From Candidatus Puniceispirillum sp. (GTDB lineage: Bacteria > Electryoneota > RPQS01 > DYHQ01), in NCBI GenBank assembly GCA_020724065.1, contig DYHQ01000001.1, positions 26,782 to 90,781 on the forward strand: a stretch of 64,000 nt of DNA, in the 5' to 3' direction. Numbering within the stretch: position 1 is the first letter of the stretch; the number at the start of each line of letters is the position of its first letter. Shown here one piece after another: positions 1 to 9,437 of the stretch. The notes beneath the pieces are model-generated. The model was given only the letters and a program-made list of their open reading frames with translations, ran no database searches and had not been told where the DNA came from. The position numbers were made by a program, and so were the translations under genes.

Positions 1-1002
1 ACCGAGCTATTTGCCCAGCGAGACATCCGCGCGCTTTCACCCGGAGATTCTGCAAGTGACAGCGTATTCGTGCTCGTTGCTGAGGAAGGTCCGCGTCTTT
101 TCTTGGCTGAACTTGAACTGGACGATGACGATTCAACGAACGATCGTCGTGTCCTTTGGCAGAACATCTCACCTGAGCAAGTTGCTTTGGTCATCAATGA
201 GATACAGTATCGCCCATTTGAAGGGCAAAGTGAATGGGTAGAGTTCTTCTATGCTGGCATGTATCCGCTCGATATTGGCGGCTGGCAATTCTCTGAGGCG
301 ACGGGTCTTGCGAATTCCGATAAGCGCTGGACTTGTCCAGACCTTTGGCTCTCGCCGGGCGACTTTCTCATTTTGGCGGCCGACTCGACCATATTTTTGG
401 AGTCCCTGCCCGAAACCGTCACGGTTTTTGTATGGGGCAGCGGAGCTCCTCGCTTGAATGACACCGGAGATTCGCTTGTGATTTGGGACACGAGCGGTCA
501 GCGGACTGATCAAGTGAATTATGATCCCGACTGGGGTCGGAACGAGGACGGAATCTCCTTGGAACGTATCTCGCCAACAAGCGCAGGCAATGTGTCGCTC
601 AACTGGGCCTCGAGTGCAGATCCCTCAGGCAGTACGCCGGGGCGACCCAACAGTCAACTCTATGTTCCGTCATCTGTTGGAGCCAACATCCTCTCAATCG
701 AACCCAATCCCTTTTCTCCGGATGGAGATGGATTTGAGGACATCGCTTTTCTTCAGTATCATTTGAAATATCCGAACTCGCGTCTCGATTTGAAAGTCTA
801 TGATGTTCGTGGTCGGAAAGTGTGTTCTCTTGCGAACAACGAGCTCGTGGCACAAGAGGGCAAGAAGCTTTGGGACGGAAAAGATGAGCTGGGCAGGGAG
901 CTCCCTGTCGGAATTTATGTTGTGTATCTTGAGGCTCTTGCCCAGGGAGACACGCGCATCGAGAAGGCGAAGCGTGCCATTGTGATTGCACGAAGAAAAT
1001 GA
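1..1002 (+). CDS. Secreted surface protein with a lamin-tail domain (LTD) and a T9SS-type C-terminal sorting domain. The 5' end is partial: the frame is open back to nt 1.
   Basis: Frame 1 has no stop upstream of the 70..1002 ORF. The LTD-like core is INEIQYRP..EWVEFFY..GGWQFSEATG. The C-terminus has the FlgD-Ig/T9SS CTD pattern (NPFSPDGDGFEDIAFLQY...GIYVVYLEA). The stop overlaps the next start (ATGA). Confidence 0.6.
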   Translation, partial: TELFAQRDIRALSPGDSASDSVFVLVAEEGPRLFLAELELDDDDSTNDRRVLWQNISPEQVALVINEIQYRPFEGQSEWVEFFYAGMYPLDIGGWQFSEATGLANSDKRWTCPDLWLSPGDFLILAADSTIFLESLPETVTVFVWGSGAPRLNDTGDSLVIWDTSGQRTDQVNYDPDWGRNEDGISLERISPTSAGNVSLNWASSADPSGSTPGRPNSQLYVPSSVGANILSIEPNPFSPDGDGFEDIAFLQYHLKYPNSRLDLKVYDVRGRKVCSLANNELVAQEGKKLWDGKDELGRELPVGIYVVYLEALAQGDTRIEKAKRAIVIARRK

Positions 1003-2957
1003 GTCTCGTTCGACTCGAAAACATAGCCATTCACTTCGCCGAGAGAACTCTCCTTGAGGGACTGTCGTGGCAAATCCTTCCGCGGGAGCGCTATGGTTTA
1101 GTCGGACCCAACGGAGCGGGCAAGACAACGATTTTGCGCCTGATTGCGGGTGAAATCGAGCCCAGTCATGGCACGGTTTGGCGTCTGAAACATCTCGAAT
1201 GCGGTTACTTACCGCAAGAGACGACCGCCGAAGAATATCGCCCGCTCTTTGAAGCAGTCTATGGAGCGCTGCCGGACATTCCTGCTCTGGCTGCGGAATT
1301 GGAGGAGCTGCGGCATGCAATGGTTGCTGAGGATTCGCGTGATGAACTACTCGAAAGGTATGGAGTTCTTGAATCGCGATGGATGGCGATGGAGGGTTAT
1401 TCAGCGGAATCTCGCGTAGGACGCGTGCTTCACGGCCTGGGATTTCGTCAAGATGATTATGAGAGAGCTGTTTCGACTTTTTCCGGCGGATGGCGCATGC
1501 GCGTTCATCTTGCCAAGCTCCTGCTGCAATCTCCCGATGTTCTTCTGCTCGACGAGCCGACGAATCACTTAGATTTGCCGACTCTTGCATGGTTGGAGGA
1601 ATACCTCGAGGAATTTCGAGGAGCACTGATCATTGTATCGCACGACCGCGCTTTTCTTGACCGAATGGTGACTTCCATAGCCGAGATTGACCGCGGCCAC
1701 TTCCGGAAGTATGCGGGGAATTATTCCGAATTTGAGCGCGAACGCGAGCGTCGCCAGGAGAAACTTGAGGCGCATGCGGCGCGTCTGGCGACCGAGCGGC
1801 AGCGTATCGAACGCTTTGTCGAACGATTTCGCTACAAGGCAAGCAAGGCTCGTCAAGTCCAAAGCCGTGTGCGGTTCCTGTCGAAACTTGAGAAAGTCGA
1901 ACAGGAGACGCAAGCTCGCCATATCCGTTTTCATTTCCCCGACGCGCCCCATAGCGGACGGATCGTCCTGAAGGTGAAGCGGTTGTCGAAACAATATGGC
2001 GACAAGACGGTTCTGAGAGATATTGATATTGTCCTGGAGCGAGGGCAAAAAGTAGCTCTGGTCGGTGTGAATGGGGCGGGAAAGTCCACTCTCTGCCGTT
2101 TGATTACCGGACTCGAGCCACCCACTTCCGGAGAGCTTCGGCTGGGTCACGAAGTTCGTTTGGACTATTTCGCTCAGGAGGCCGATTTTCACCTGAAAGG
2201 AGGTCGCACTGTTCTGGAGGAATTATCCGCCGAGGCATCCATTTCGGAGTTGCCGAATTTGCGTCGAATGCTCGGTGTTTTCCTCTTTCGGGGAGACGAT
2301 GTCTTCAAGCCTGTGGATGTGCTTTCAGGCGGCGAGAAGTCTCGATTGGCGATTGCCAAGATTCTCCTGCGTCCCTCTAATTTCCTGATTCTTGACGAGC
2401 CGACCAATCATCTGGACATTCCATCGAAAGAAGTGTTCCTTTCCGCGCTCAAAGAATACCAAGGCACTCTGCTCATGGTCTCTCATGACCGATATTTTCT
2501 GGAAAGATTGGTTGACCGAGTGCTTGAACTCGAAGACGGAAAACTGAAAGAATGGCCGGGGAATTTCGGCGAATATCTGGAGCAAAAAGCGCTCTTTCAG
2601 AGATCTGAGAAAGAGGCAGTACCGCGGAATCCAGTGAGAGATTCGAGCGAGGTGGTCGGCCACAAGACGAAAGACCAGCGTCGAAGCGAGGCCGAGAGAC
2701 GGAGTCAATTTTTCCAACGCCGTCAATTCCTGCAGCGCCGATTGGATGAGCTCTCTCAAAGCATTGAACGATTGGAGGCCCGGAAATCCGAACTGGAAGA
2801 ACTTCTGAGCTCGGAAGAAACTTATCGCCATGGGGAGGCTGTGCGCGAAATCGTTGCCGCCTATGAACAGATACGACGCGAATTGCCCCAACTTTATGAG
2901 GAGTGGGAGCATTTGGAGGGCCAACGGGAGATACTTGAAAATGAGATGGCGCGATAA
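999..2957 (+). CDS. ABC-F family ATPase (Uup/YheS/EttA-like, no transmembrane domain) with tandem ABC domains and a C-terminal coiled coil
   Basis: There are two Walker A motifs (GPNGAGKTT and GVNGAGKST), two ABC signatures (LSGGWRMR and LSGGEKSR) and two Walker B motifs (LLLDEPTNHLD and LILDEPTNHLD). The C-terminal tail is charged and coiled-coil. The start overlaps the upstream stop (ATGA). Confidence 0.85.
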   Translation: MSLVRLENIAIHFAERTLLEGLSWQILPRERYGLVGPNGAGKTTILRLIAGEIEPSHGTVWRLKHLECGYLPQETTAEEYRPLFEAVYGALPDIPALAAELEELRHAMVAEDSRDELLERYGVLESRWMAMEGYSAESRVGRVLHGLGFRQDDYERAVSTFSGGWRMRVHLAKLLLQSPDVLLLDEPTNHLDLPTLAWLEEYLEEFRGALIIVSHDRAFLDRMVTSIAEIDRGHFRKYAGNYSEFERERERRQEKLEAHAARLATERQRIERFVERFRYKASKARQVQSRVRFLSKLEKVEQETQARHIRFHFPDAPHSGRIVLKVKRLSKQYGDKTVLRDIDIVLERGQKVALVGVNGAGKSTLCRLITGLEPPTSGELRLGHEVRLDYFAQEADFHLKGGRTVLEELSAEASISELPNLRRMLGVFLFRGDDVFKPVDVLSGGEKSRLAIAKILLRPSNFLILDEPTNHLDIPSKEVFLSALKEYQGTLLMVSHDRYFLERLVDRVLELEDGKLKEWPGNFGEYLEQKALFQRSEKEAVPRNPVRDSSEVVGHKTKDQRRSEAERRSQFFQRRQFLQRRLDELSQSIERLEARKSELEELLSSEETYRHGEAVREIVAAYEQIRRELPQLYEEWEHLEGQREILENEMAR

Positions 2958-3047
2958 AACAGATGGCAAATGGGGGTTGATTTTTCAAAAAATATTGGCT
3001 ATTTTTGAGCAGGTAAACTCCCGTTGAAATGAAACCGCCTTACCCTG

Positions 3048-3080
3048 AAGGGGGCGGCCCGTTCGCCCCTTTCTATTTTG
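3048..3080 (+). terminator. Putative rho-independent terminator after the ABC-F gene
   Basis: A GC stem (GGGGGCG, loop gcccgtt, CGCCCC) is followed by the T-rich run tttctatttt. Coordinates are approximate. Confidence 0.5.
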
Positions 3081-3126
3081 CTTTCGCGACAATTTATCAA
3101 TCATCCAATTAGTTGAATACCTGATT

Positions 3127-4485
3127 ATGACAGTAATTCGCACCATTATTCAAGGCGCTGCGGGGCGCGATTTCCACAACTTCAATCTTCTCTTCCGCAA
3201 TAATCCCGGCTATGAGGTGGTGGCGTTCACGGCGACCCAAATTCCCAATATCGCAGGGAGAAAGTATCCGCCGGAACTTGCGGGAAAGCTCTATCCGCGC
3301 GGCATTCCCATTTTTCTTGAGAGTGACTTGCTGCGGCTCATTCACGACTTGAAAGTGGACGAAGTCATTTTTTCCTATAGCGATGTGTCGCACGAGCATG
3401 TCATGCATTGGGCCTCGCGCATCATCGCTGCGGGAGCTTCGTTCCGACTCTTGGGAAGTCGCCCGACCATGCTGACAAGCAAGAAACCTGTCGTGGCGGT
3501 TTGTGCTGTTCGCACCGGTGCGGGCAAATCGCAAACGACGCGCAAAGTTGCGACTCTTCTGCGTGATGCAGGCAAACGCGTCGTGGTGGTTCGCCATCCC
3601 ATGGCCTATGGGGATTTGGCGAAGCAAGCCGTGCAGCGTTTTGCAACACTCAGAGACCTCAAGGCCCATGATTGCACTATTGAAGAAATGGAAGAGTACG
3701 AGCCACATATTAAGCAGGGCATGGTTGTTTTCGCCGGTGTAGATTACGAAGTGATTCTGCGTCAAGCCGAGAAAGAGGCCGACATCATTCTTTGGGATGG
3801 CGGCAACAACGACTTGCCATTTTACAAACCCGACATCTTCATCGTCGTGGCCGATCCACATCGTGCCGGTGACGAACTTCGCTATTATCCTGGCGAAACG
3901 AACCTGCTGCTCGCGGATGCCGTCGTGATAAATAAGATAGACACCGCTTTTCCTGAAGATGTGGATGATGTGCGCGAGTCTGTGCGGTCGGTCAATCCGG
4001 CAGCGGTGATTATCGAGGCTGCTTCGCCAATTCATGTCGAAGATTGCGAGAAGATTCGGGGAAAGCGTGCACTGGTTATCGAGGATGGCCCGACCTTAAC
4101 TCACGGCGAAATGGAGTACGGGGCGGGAGTCGTTGCGGCAACGAAGTTCGGCGCCTCGGAACTCATAGATCCGCGTCCCTATGTCGTTGGTACACTGAGG
4201 AAGACTTTCGAGGCCTATCCAGCGATTGGCCAGCTCCTTCCCGCGATGGGTTATGGCTCAGAGCAGATTAAGGACCTTGAGGCGACCATCGCCCGTGCCA
4301 AGCCGGAGGTTGTTGTGATGGGAACGCCAGTGGATCTGCGACGCATCATTGACATCAAGGCACCGACAGTCCATGTTACTTACAGTCTTCAAGAGATCGG
4401 AAAGCCTGATCTTGCCGATGTTCTTGCTCCTTTTCTGACAAAGAGCAACCGCGCGAAGCCTCGCAGGCGGAAATCGATCCGATGA
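3127..4485 (+). CDS. P-loop NTPase resembling the cyclic 2,3-diphosphoglycerate synthetase (cPGS) family. The family assignment is from memory.
   Basis: The N-terminus is IIQGAAGRDFHNFN...YEVVAFTATQIP, a Rossmann-like segment. A central Walker A motif is CAVRTGAGKSQTT. Length is 452 aa. The stop overlaps the arcC start. Confidence 0.5.
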   Translation: MTVIRTIIQGAAGRDFHNFNLLFRNNPGYEVVAFTATQIPNIAGRKYPPELAGKLYPRGIPIFLESDLLRLIHDLKVDEVIFSYSDVSHEHVMHWASRIIAAGASFRLLGSRPTMLTSKKPVVAVCAVRTGAGKSQTTRKVATLLRDAGKRVVVVRHPMAYGDLAKQAVQRFATLRDLKAHDCTIEEMEEYEPHIKQGMVVFAGVDYEVILRQAEKEADIILWDGGNNDLPFYKPDIFIVVADPHRAGDELRYYPGETNLLLADAVVINKIDTAFPEDVDDVRESVRSVNPAAVIIEAASPIHVEDCEKIRGKRALVIEDGPTLTHGEMEYGAGVVAATKFGASELIDPRPYVVGTLRKTFEAYPAIGQLLPAMGYGSEQIKDLEATIARAKPEVVVMGTPVDLRRIIDIKAPTVHVTYSLQEIGKPDLADVLAPFLTKSNRAKPRRRKSIR

Positions 4486-5429
4486 AAAACCAGCGGACGG
4501 CGGTCGTTGCCCTGGGGGGCAATGCCATTTCAAAACCGGGTGTTCCTGACACGATTGCCAATCAGTTCAGTCACACGCGCGAAGCGCTACGCGGGGTGAT
4601 GGAACTTGTGCGACGCGACTATCGGCTCGTCATCACGCATGGGAACGGCCCTCAGGTTGGCAACGCGCTCTTGCGCGTCGAATTGGCGCGAGGCAAGGCG
4701 CCTATTCTGCCTTTGGGGATTATCGTTGCGGACACCGAAGGCGGCATGGGCTATATGATTGAACAATGTCTGCAAAATGTTCTGCTCAGGGCGAACCTCA
4801 AACGCGATGTCGTTTCCATTGTCACTCAAGTTGTCGTGGATGAACATGATCCGAACCTGACCAATCCCACGAAATTCGTCGGGCAGTTTTATTCTGAAAC
4901 GGAAGCGGAACGGCTGGCGGAGGAATCGGGTTGGCAGTTGAAAAAGGACGGAGACCGAGGGTGGCGTCGCGTTGTTGGCTCGCCGATTCCTCTCGAAATC
5001 ATCAACCGCGCGGCCATCAAGCAGCTCATTTCTTCGGGAACGATTGTCATTGCCGCAGGCGGCGGAGGAGTGCCCGTCTATCGCGAAGCGGACGGATGGT
5101 ATGAAGGTGTGGATGCCGTCGTTGACAAAGACCGCGCCTCGGCTGTGTTGGCGAGAGACATCGGTGCGGAAGAGCTCTATATTTTGACTGATACCGACAA
5201 AGTGGCACTGAATTTTGGCAAGCCGAGTCAGCGCAATTTGGATGAAATCACGGTCGCTTACGCGAAAGCGTTTGCTGCTGAGGGACATTTTCCTGATGGA
5301 AGCATGGGACCGAAGATTGAGGCTGCCATTACTTTCTTGGAGAGCGGCGGTGAGCGCGTTGTAATTTGTGCTCTGGAGAATCTGCCGCTGGCACTCGATG
5401 GAAAAGCGGGGACACTGATTGTTCCGTGA
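4482..5429 (+). CDS. arcC: Carbamate kinase
   Basis: Carries ALGGNAI and ITHGNGPQVG, the hallmark motifs of the amino-acid kinase fold (carbamate kinase). Also has AAGGGGVPV. Length is 315 aa. Confidence 0.85.
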   Translation: MKNQRTAVVALGGNAISKPGVPDTIANQFSHTREALRGVMELVRRDYRLVITHGNGPQVGNALLRVELARGKAPILPLGIIVADTEGGMGYMIEQCLQNVLLRANLKRDVVSIVTQVVVDEHDPNLTNPTKFVGQFYSETEAERLAEESGWQLKKDGDRGWRRVVGSPIPLEIINRAAIKQLISSGTIVIAAGGGGVPVYREADGWYEGVDAVVDKDRASAVLARDIGAEELYILTDTDKVALNFGKPSQRNLDEITVAYAKAFAAEGHFPDGSMGPKIEAAITFLESGGERVVICALENLPLALDGKAGTLIVP

Positions 5430-5469
5430 AAGACAATTTTGACTCTCATAAATTCATAAGCACACAGCA

Positions 5470-6639
5470 ATGAAAATTCATGAACATCAGGGGAAGGAAG
5501 TCCTGCGCCGATTCGATGTCGCCGTGCCGCGCGGAGGAGTCGCTTTCTCCGTGGATGAAGCAGTAAAAGTCGCGCTTTCGCTAGGTACCTGGCCGGTTGT
5601 GGTGAAAGCACAAATCCACGCCGGTGGCCGGGGGAAGGGGGGAGGTATTAAGCTCGCCAATTCCGAGGCTGAGGTGCGCGAACTTGCAGGCAAAATGCTC
5701 GGGATGAATCTCGTCACGCATCAAACCGGACCGCAAGGGAAGATGGTTCAACGATTGCTTGTCGAAGAAAGAATGGCGATAGCCCGCGAGCTCTATGCGG
5801 GCATTGTCCTCGACCGCGCCACTTTTCGCAATACCTTCATGGTTTCCACAGAGGGCGGCGTTGAGATTGAAAAGGTGGCCGCTGAAACACCTGAGAAGAT
5901 TGTCAAAGCCGCAATTGACCCTGTCGCAGGATTTCAGCCGTTTCAGGCGCGAAAACTTGCGTTTGCTCTTGGGCTGAGTGGAGATGCGTTCAAAGCCGGC
6001 GTGAAATTCTTGACAGGGCTCTATCGTGCGTACGAAGCGGTGGATGCAAGTCTCGCGGAAATCAATCCGCTGGTTGTGACGAAAGACGGCAAGGTTGTGG
6101 CTCTCGACGCGAAAATCAATTTCGATGATAACGCGCTCTTTCGCCACCCTGATTTGGGCGAGATGCGCGACCTTTCGGAAGAAGAGCCAGCCGAAGTCGA
6201 AGCCTCGAAATACGACTTGAACTATGTCAAGCTGAACGGGAATGTGGGCTGCATGGTCAATGGCGCCGGCCTCGCGATGGCGACGATGGACATCATCAAA
6301 CTGCATGGGGGCGAGCCGGCGAATTTCCTCGATGTCGGCGGCGGCGCATCCGCTGAAACCGTCGAGAATGGTTTCCGTATTGTCCTTCAGGACCCAAATG
6401 TCAGAGCGATTCTCATCAACATCTTCGGTGGCATTGTCCGCTGCGACCGCGTTGCCAGCGGCGTGATTGAAGCGATTTCCAAAGTGAAATCGAACTTGCC
6501 GGTCGTTGTTCGCCTTGAAGGAACAAATGCGGATGTCGCCGCGAAGATGCTGGAAGAATCGCCCTTGAAATTTATCGTCGCTCACGACCTCGCTGATGCA
6601 GCGAAAAAGGCGGTGGCGGCAGTTGGCGCGAGGAAATAG
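5470..6639 (+). CDS. sucC: Succinyl-CoA synthetase (ADP-forming) beta subunit
   Basis: The N-terminus is [15 protein letters not shown] with an ATP-grasp domain. The C-terminal CoA-ligase domain has [18 protein letters not shown]. Length is 389 aa. Confidence 0.9.
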   Translation: MKIHEHQGKEVLRRFDVAVPRGGVAFSVDEAVKVALSLGTWPVVVKAQIHAGGRGKGGGIKLANSEAEVRELAGKMLGMNLVTHQTGPQGKMVQRLLVEERMAIARELYAGIVLDRATFRNTFMVSTEGGVEIEKVAAETPEKIVKAAIDPVAGFQPFQARKLAFALGLSGDAFKAGVKFLTGLYRAYEAVDASLAEINPLVVTKDGKVVALDAKINFDDNALFRHPDLGEMRDLSEEEPAEVEASKYDLNYVKLNGNVGCMVNGAGLAMATMDIIKLHGGEPANFLDVGGGASAETVENGFRIVLQDPNVRAILINIFGGIVRCDRVASGVIEAISKVKSNLPVVVRLEGTNADVAAKMLEESPLKFIVAHDLADAAKKAVAAVGARK

Positions 6640-6757
6640 ACTGAGAATTCCGGCCGGATTAGGAATCCGGCGCGGCGTCCTTACGGGTGTGCCACCCACT
6701 CGGTCGAAGAGACTCTGATTGTTTCAAGTTGGGAAATAGCCACGGATAATCCATCTC

Positions 6758-7639
6758 ATGTCCATCTTAGTCAACTCAGAAACTCGCCTTCTCGTGCAGG
6801 GAATCACGGGTGGGGAAGGCACTTTTCACACGGAGCAGATGATTGAATATGGTACGAAAGTCGTGGCGGGCGTCACCCCGGGAAAAGGGGGGACGAAATG
6901 GCAAGACAAAGTGCCTGTATTCAACACCGTCGAACAAGCCGTCCGCGAGACGGGTGCCAACACAACGGTCATCTTCGTGCCGCCTGCTTTTGCCGCGGAT
7001 GCCATTTTGGAGGCGATTGACGCTGGGATAGCCGTCATTGTGACCGTCACCGAGGGAATTCCTGTCAAGGATACGATTGTCGTCAAGGAAGCGCTCAATC
7101 GCTCCGGGTCGCGCATGGTCGGAGGGAATTGCCCCGGCGTGATTACCCCCGGCCAGGCGAAGGTCGGGATCATGCCGGGATTCATTCACCAGCCCGGGCG
7201 ATGCGGCGTCATTTCGCGCTCAGGGACGCTGACCTATGAGGCCGTGAAACAGCTTTCCGACCGCGGCATCGGCCAATCCACCTGCATCGGTATTGGCGGC
7301 GATGCCATCAATGGTTCCACTTTCGTTGACATACTCAAGCTGTTCAACGCGGATCCCGATACCGATTCCGTGGTTCTCATCGGCGAAATCGGCGGGACAG
7401 CAGAGGAGGCCTCCGCAGACTACATCAAGGCGAATTTCGCGAAGCCTGTTGTAGCCTTCATAGCAGGCCGTACAGCCCCTCCAGGCCGACGGATGGGCCA
7501 TGCCGGAGCGATCATAGCTGGTGGCAAAGGAACGGCTGCCGAAAAAATTGCTGCATTGAAAACTGCCGGAATTCATGTCGCCGATTCACCGGCAGATATA
7601 GGTGCGACTTTAGAGCAGGTACTTAAGAAAGGAAAATAG
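6758..7639 (+). CDS. sucD: Succinyl-CoA synthetase alpha subunit
   Basis: Has [22 protein letters not shown] and the catalytic-His region [14 protein letters not shown]. Length is 293 aa. It lies directly downstream of sucC. Confidence 0.9.
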   Translation: MSILVNSETRLLVQGITGGEGTFHTEQMIEYGTKVVAGVTPGKGGTKWQDKVPVFNTVEQAVRETGANTTVIFVPPAFAADAILEAIDAGIAVIVTVTEGIPVKDTIVVKEALNRSGSRMVGGNCPGVITPGQAKVGIMPGFIHQPGRCGVISRSGTLTYEAVKQLSDRGIGQSTCIGIGGDAINGSTFVDILKLFNADPDTDSVVLIGEIGGTAEEASADYIKANFAKPVVAFIAGRTAPPGRRMGHAGAIIAGGKGTAAEKIAALKTAGIHVADSPADIGATLEQVLKKGK

Positions 7640-7960
7640 CTCCTTTCCGAATCGGACCGGGCTATGACCTCGTTCAAAGGGTGAAGGTACCGCTGATCTG
7701 TGCTTTCCCGTTGGAAGTAGTGGAAAATAGATGAAATAGCGACTTTCAGTCATTTAAACCACATATTGAATCAATATATCCCATTTTGCAACTCCCGCTC
7801 AAGACCTATTCTATAACTTTGAATCTCTCCGTGCGATCACGCTAAGAGACAGTCTTGGTTTCTTTTCACTATGTCAGTGGAAGAGAAGGGGAGGCTGTCA
7901 TGTGACAATGGCGAAAGGAGGAAATCGGTAGCGAGCCGTGCTCCGGGAGGATTTTGGTGC

Positions 7961-7989
7961 TTGATTTTGTGGAGAAAAAAGGCTATAAT
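7961..7989 (+). promoter_or_regulatory. Sigma70-like promoter upstream of the 2-oxoacid:ferredoxin oxidoreductase operon
   Basis: TTGATT, 17-nt spacer, TATAAT. It lies about 25 nt upstream of a GGAGA ribosome-binding site and the ATG at 8017. Coordinates are approximate (plus or minus 2). Confidence 0.5.
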
Positions 7990-8016
7990 ATAAGAATTTT
8001 ACGATGGAGAAAATAG

Positions 8017-8301
8017 ATGTCAGTGACTCCCGCAGACTCGGTCGTTCTTGTCAAGAGCGAAAAGACCGGTCACGCGATTGCCATAGACGAGATTCTCTGT
8101 AAGGGATGCACAATCTGCGTCGAAATCTGCCCGAAGGATGTTCTCGAAATGGTGGGCGCGATTGACCGATGGGAAGGAGCGACAGCGCGCGTGAAGGATA
8201 TTGATGCTTGCATTGCTTGCTTCATCTGCGAGCACGAATGTCCGGACTTTGCGCTTTTGGTGTACGCTGCTCCCAAGGCGAAGAAAGCGATGGAGGTTTA
8301 G
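8017..8301 (+). CDS. korD: 2-oxoacid:ferredoxin oxidoreductase delta subunit (2x[4Fe-4S] ferredoxin)
   Basis: 94 aa with two CxxCxxCxxxCP clusters (CKGCTICVEICP and CIACFICEHECP). It sits immediately before the alpha subunit. Confidence 0.75.
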   Translation: MSVTPADSVVLVKSEKTGHAIAIDEILCKGCTICVEICPKDVLEMVGAIDRWEGATARVKDIDACIACFICEHECPDFALLVYAAPKAKKAMEV

Positions 8302-9435
8302 ATGGCGAAAGCGGTCTTTTGGACAGGGAATGAAGTTTGTGCGGAAGCCGCGATTGCCGCAGGCTGCCGTTTCTTCGCAGGCTACCCGATCACTCCGTCG
8401 TCGGAAATCGCCGCGGTCATGGCACAGCGCCTTCCGGAAGAGAGCGGAACTTTCATTCAGATGGAAGATGAAATTGCGGCGATGGGCGCGATTATCGGTG
8501 CATCATTAGCGGGTGTGAAGTCCATGACGGCGACTTCAGGGCCGGGATTCAGTCTGAAGCAGGAGAACATCGGCTTCGCGTGTATGGTTGAAGCACCCTG
8601 TGTCGTGGTGAATGTCCAGCGCGGCGGGCCTTCGACCGGATTGCCGACCCATCCCGGGCAGTCGGACCTGATGCAAACTCGCTGGGGCACGCATGGAGAC
8701 CATACGACGATTGCGCTCGCACCGGCCTATTTGCGCGAGCTCTATCTTGAAATGATTCGCGCCTTCAATCTCTCTGAGAAATTCCGTGTCCCGGTGATTG
8801 TTCTCATAGACGAAATTCTGGGTCATATGTCCGAGTGCTTCGAAGCGCCAACGCCAAACGAATACACGGTCATCAATCGAGTGAAGCCCACCTGCCCACC
8901 GGAAAAATACAATCCCTACGAAGTGCAGGATGGAGAACTTGTGCCGACGATGGCCAGCTATTTTGAAGGCTATCGTTTTCACGCGACGGGTTTGAATCAC
9001 GACAAGACCGGTTTCCCGACGACGCATCCTATCGTGTGCCATCAGGATGAAGTTCGTCAGCTTGCGAAGGTCTCGCACAATCGAGCCGAGATTGATTCGT
9101 GGGAAGAAGTCATGGTGGAGGATGCGGAGATTCTTGTCGTCAGTTTCGGTTCGACGGCGCGCGGAGCTCATTCGGCGGTACTGGAGATGCGAAAGCAGGG
9201 AGTTCGCGCAGGCCTGTTCCGGCCGATTACGGTTTGGCCTTTTCCCGATGAAGAAGTACGGCGTTTGGCTCGGAAAACAAAGGCCATCGTCGTGGCGGAA
9301 ATGAATTTGGGACAAATGATTCTCGAGGTTGAACGCGCGGCGCACAGCGATATCAAGATCGTCGGCTGTCAAAAAGTCGGCGGCGTTCCTGTGGAACCGT
9401 ATGAAATCGTTGCGAAGATTCGCGAGGTAGCTTAG
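8302..9435 (+). CDS. korA: 2-oxoacid:ferredoxin oxidoreductase alpha subunit (probably 2-oxoglutarate-specific)
   Basis: Has the POR/KOR N-domain (GNEVCAEAAIAAGCRFFAGYPITPSSEI). Length is 377 aa. Delta-alpha-beta-gamma order and adjacency to sucCD favour 2-oxoglutarate. Confidence 0.8.
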   Translation: MAKAVFWTGNEVCAEAAIAAGCRFFAGYPITPSSEIAAVMAQRLPEESGTFIQMEDEIAAMGAIIGASLAGVKSMTATSGPGFSLKQENIGFACMVEAPCVVVNVQRGGPSTGLPTHPGQSDLMQTRWGTHGDHTTIALAPAYLRELYLEMIRAFNLSEKFRVPVIVLIDEILGHMSECFEAPTPNEYTVINRVKPTCPPEKYNPYEVQDGELVPTMASYFEGYRFHATGLNHDKTGFPTTHPIVCHQDEVRQLAKVSHNRAEIDSWEEVMVEDAEILVVSFGSTARGAHSAVLEMRKQGVRAGLFRPITVWPFPDEEVRRLARKTKAIVVAEMNLGQMILEVERAAHSDIKIVGCQKVGGVPVEPYEIVAKIREVA

Positions 9436-9437
9436 CC

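Noticed and set aside
694-1626. Long antisense ORFs opposite well-supported genes. Examples are 694..1626(-), 3109..4035(-), 5581..6699(-), 8536..9600(-), 9432..10292(-), 14812..15837(-), 39979..40896(-) and 41301..42059(-).
   Set aside because: Each lies entirely within and antisense to a gene with a strong family assignment (ABC-F, sucC, korA, korB, nfnB, smc). Their translations are low-complexity, Arg/Ser/Pro-rich and typical of spurious open frames in GC-rich DNA.
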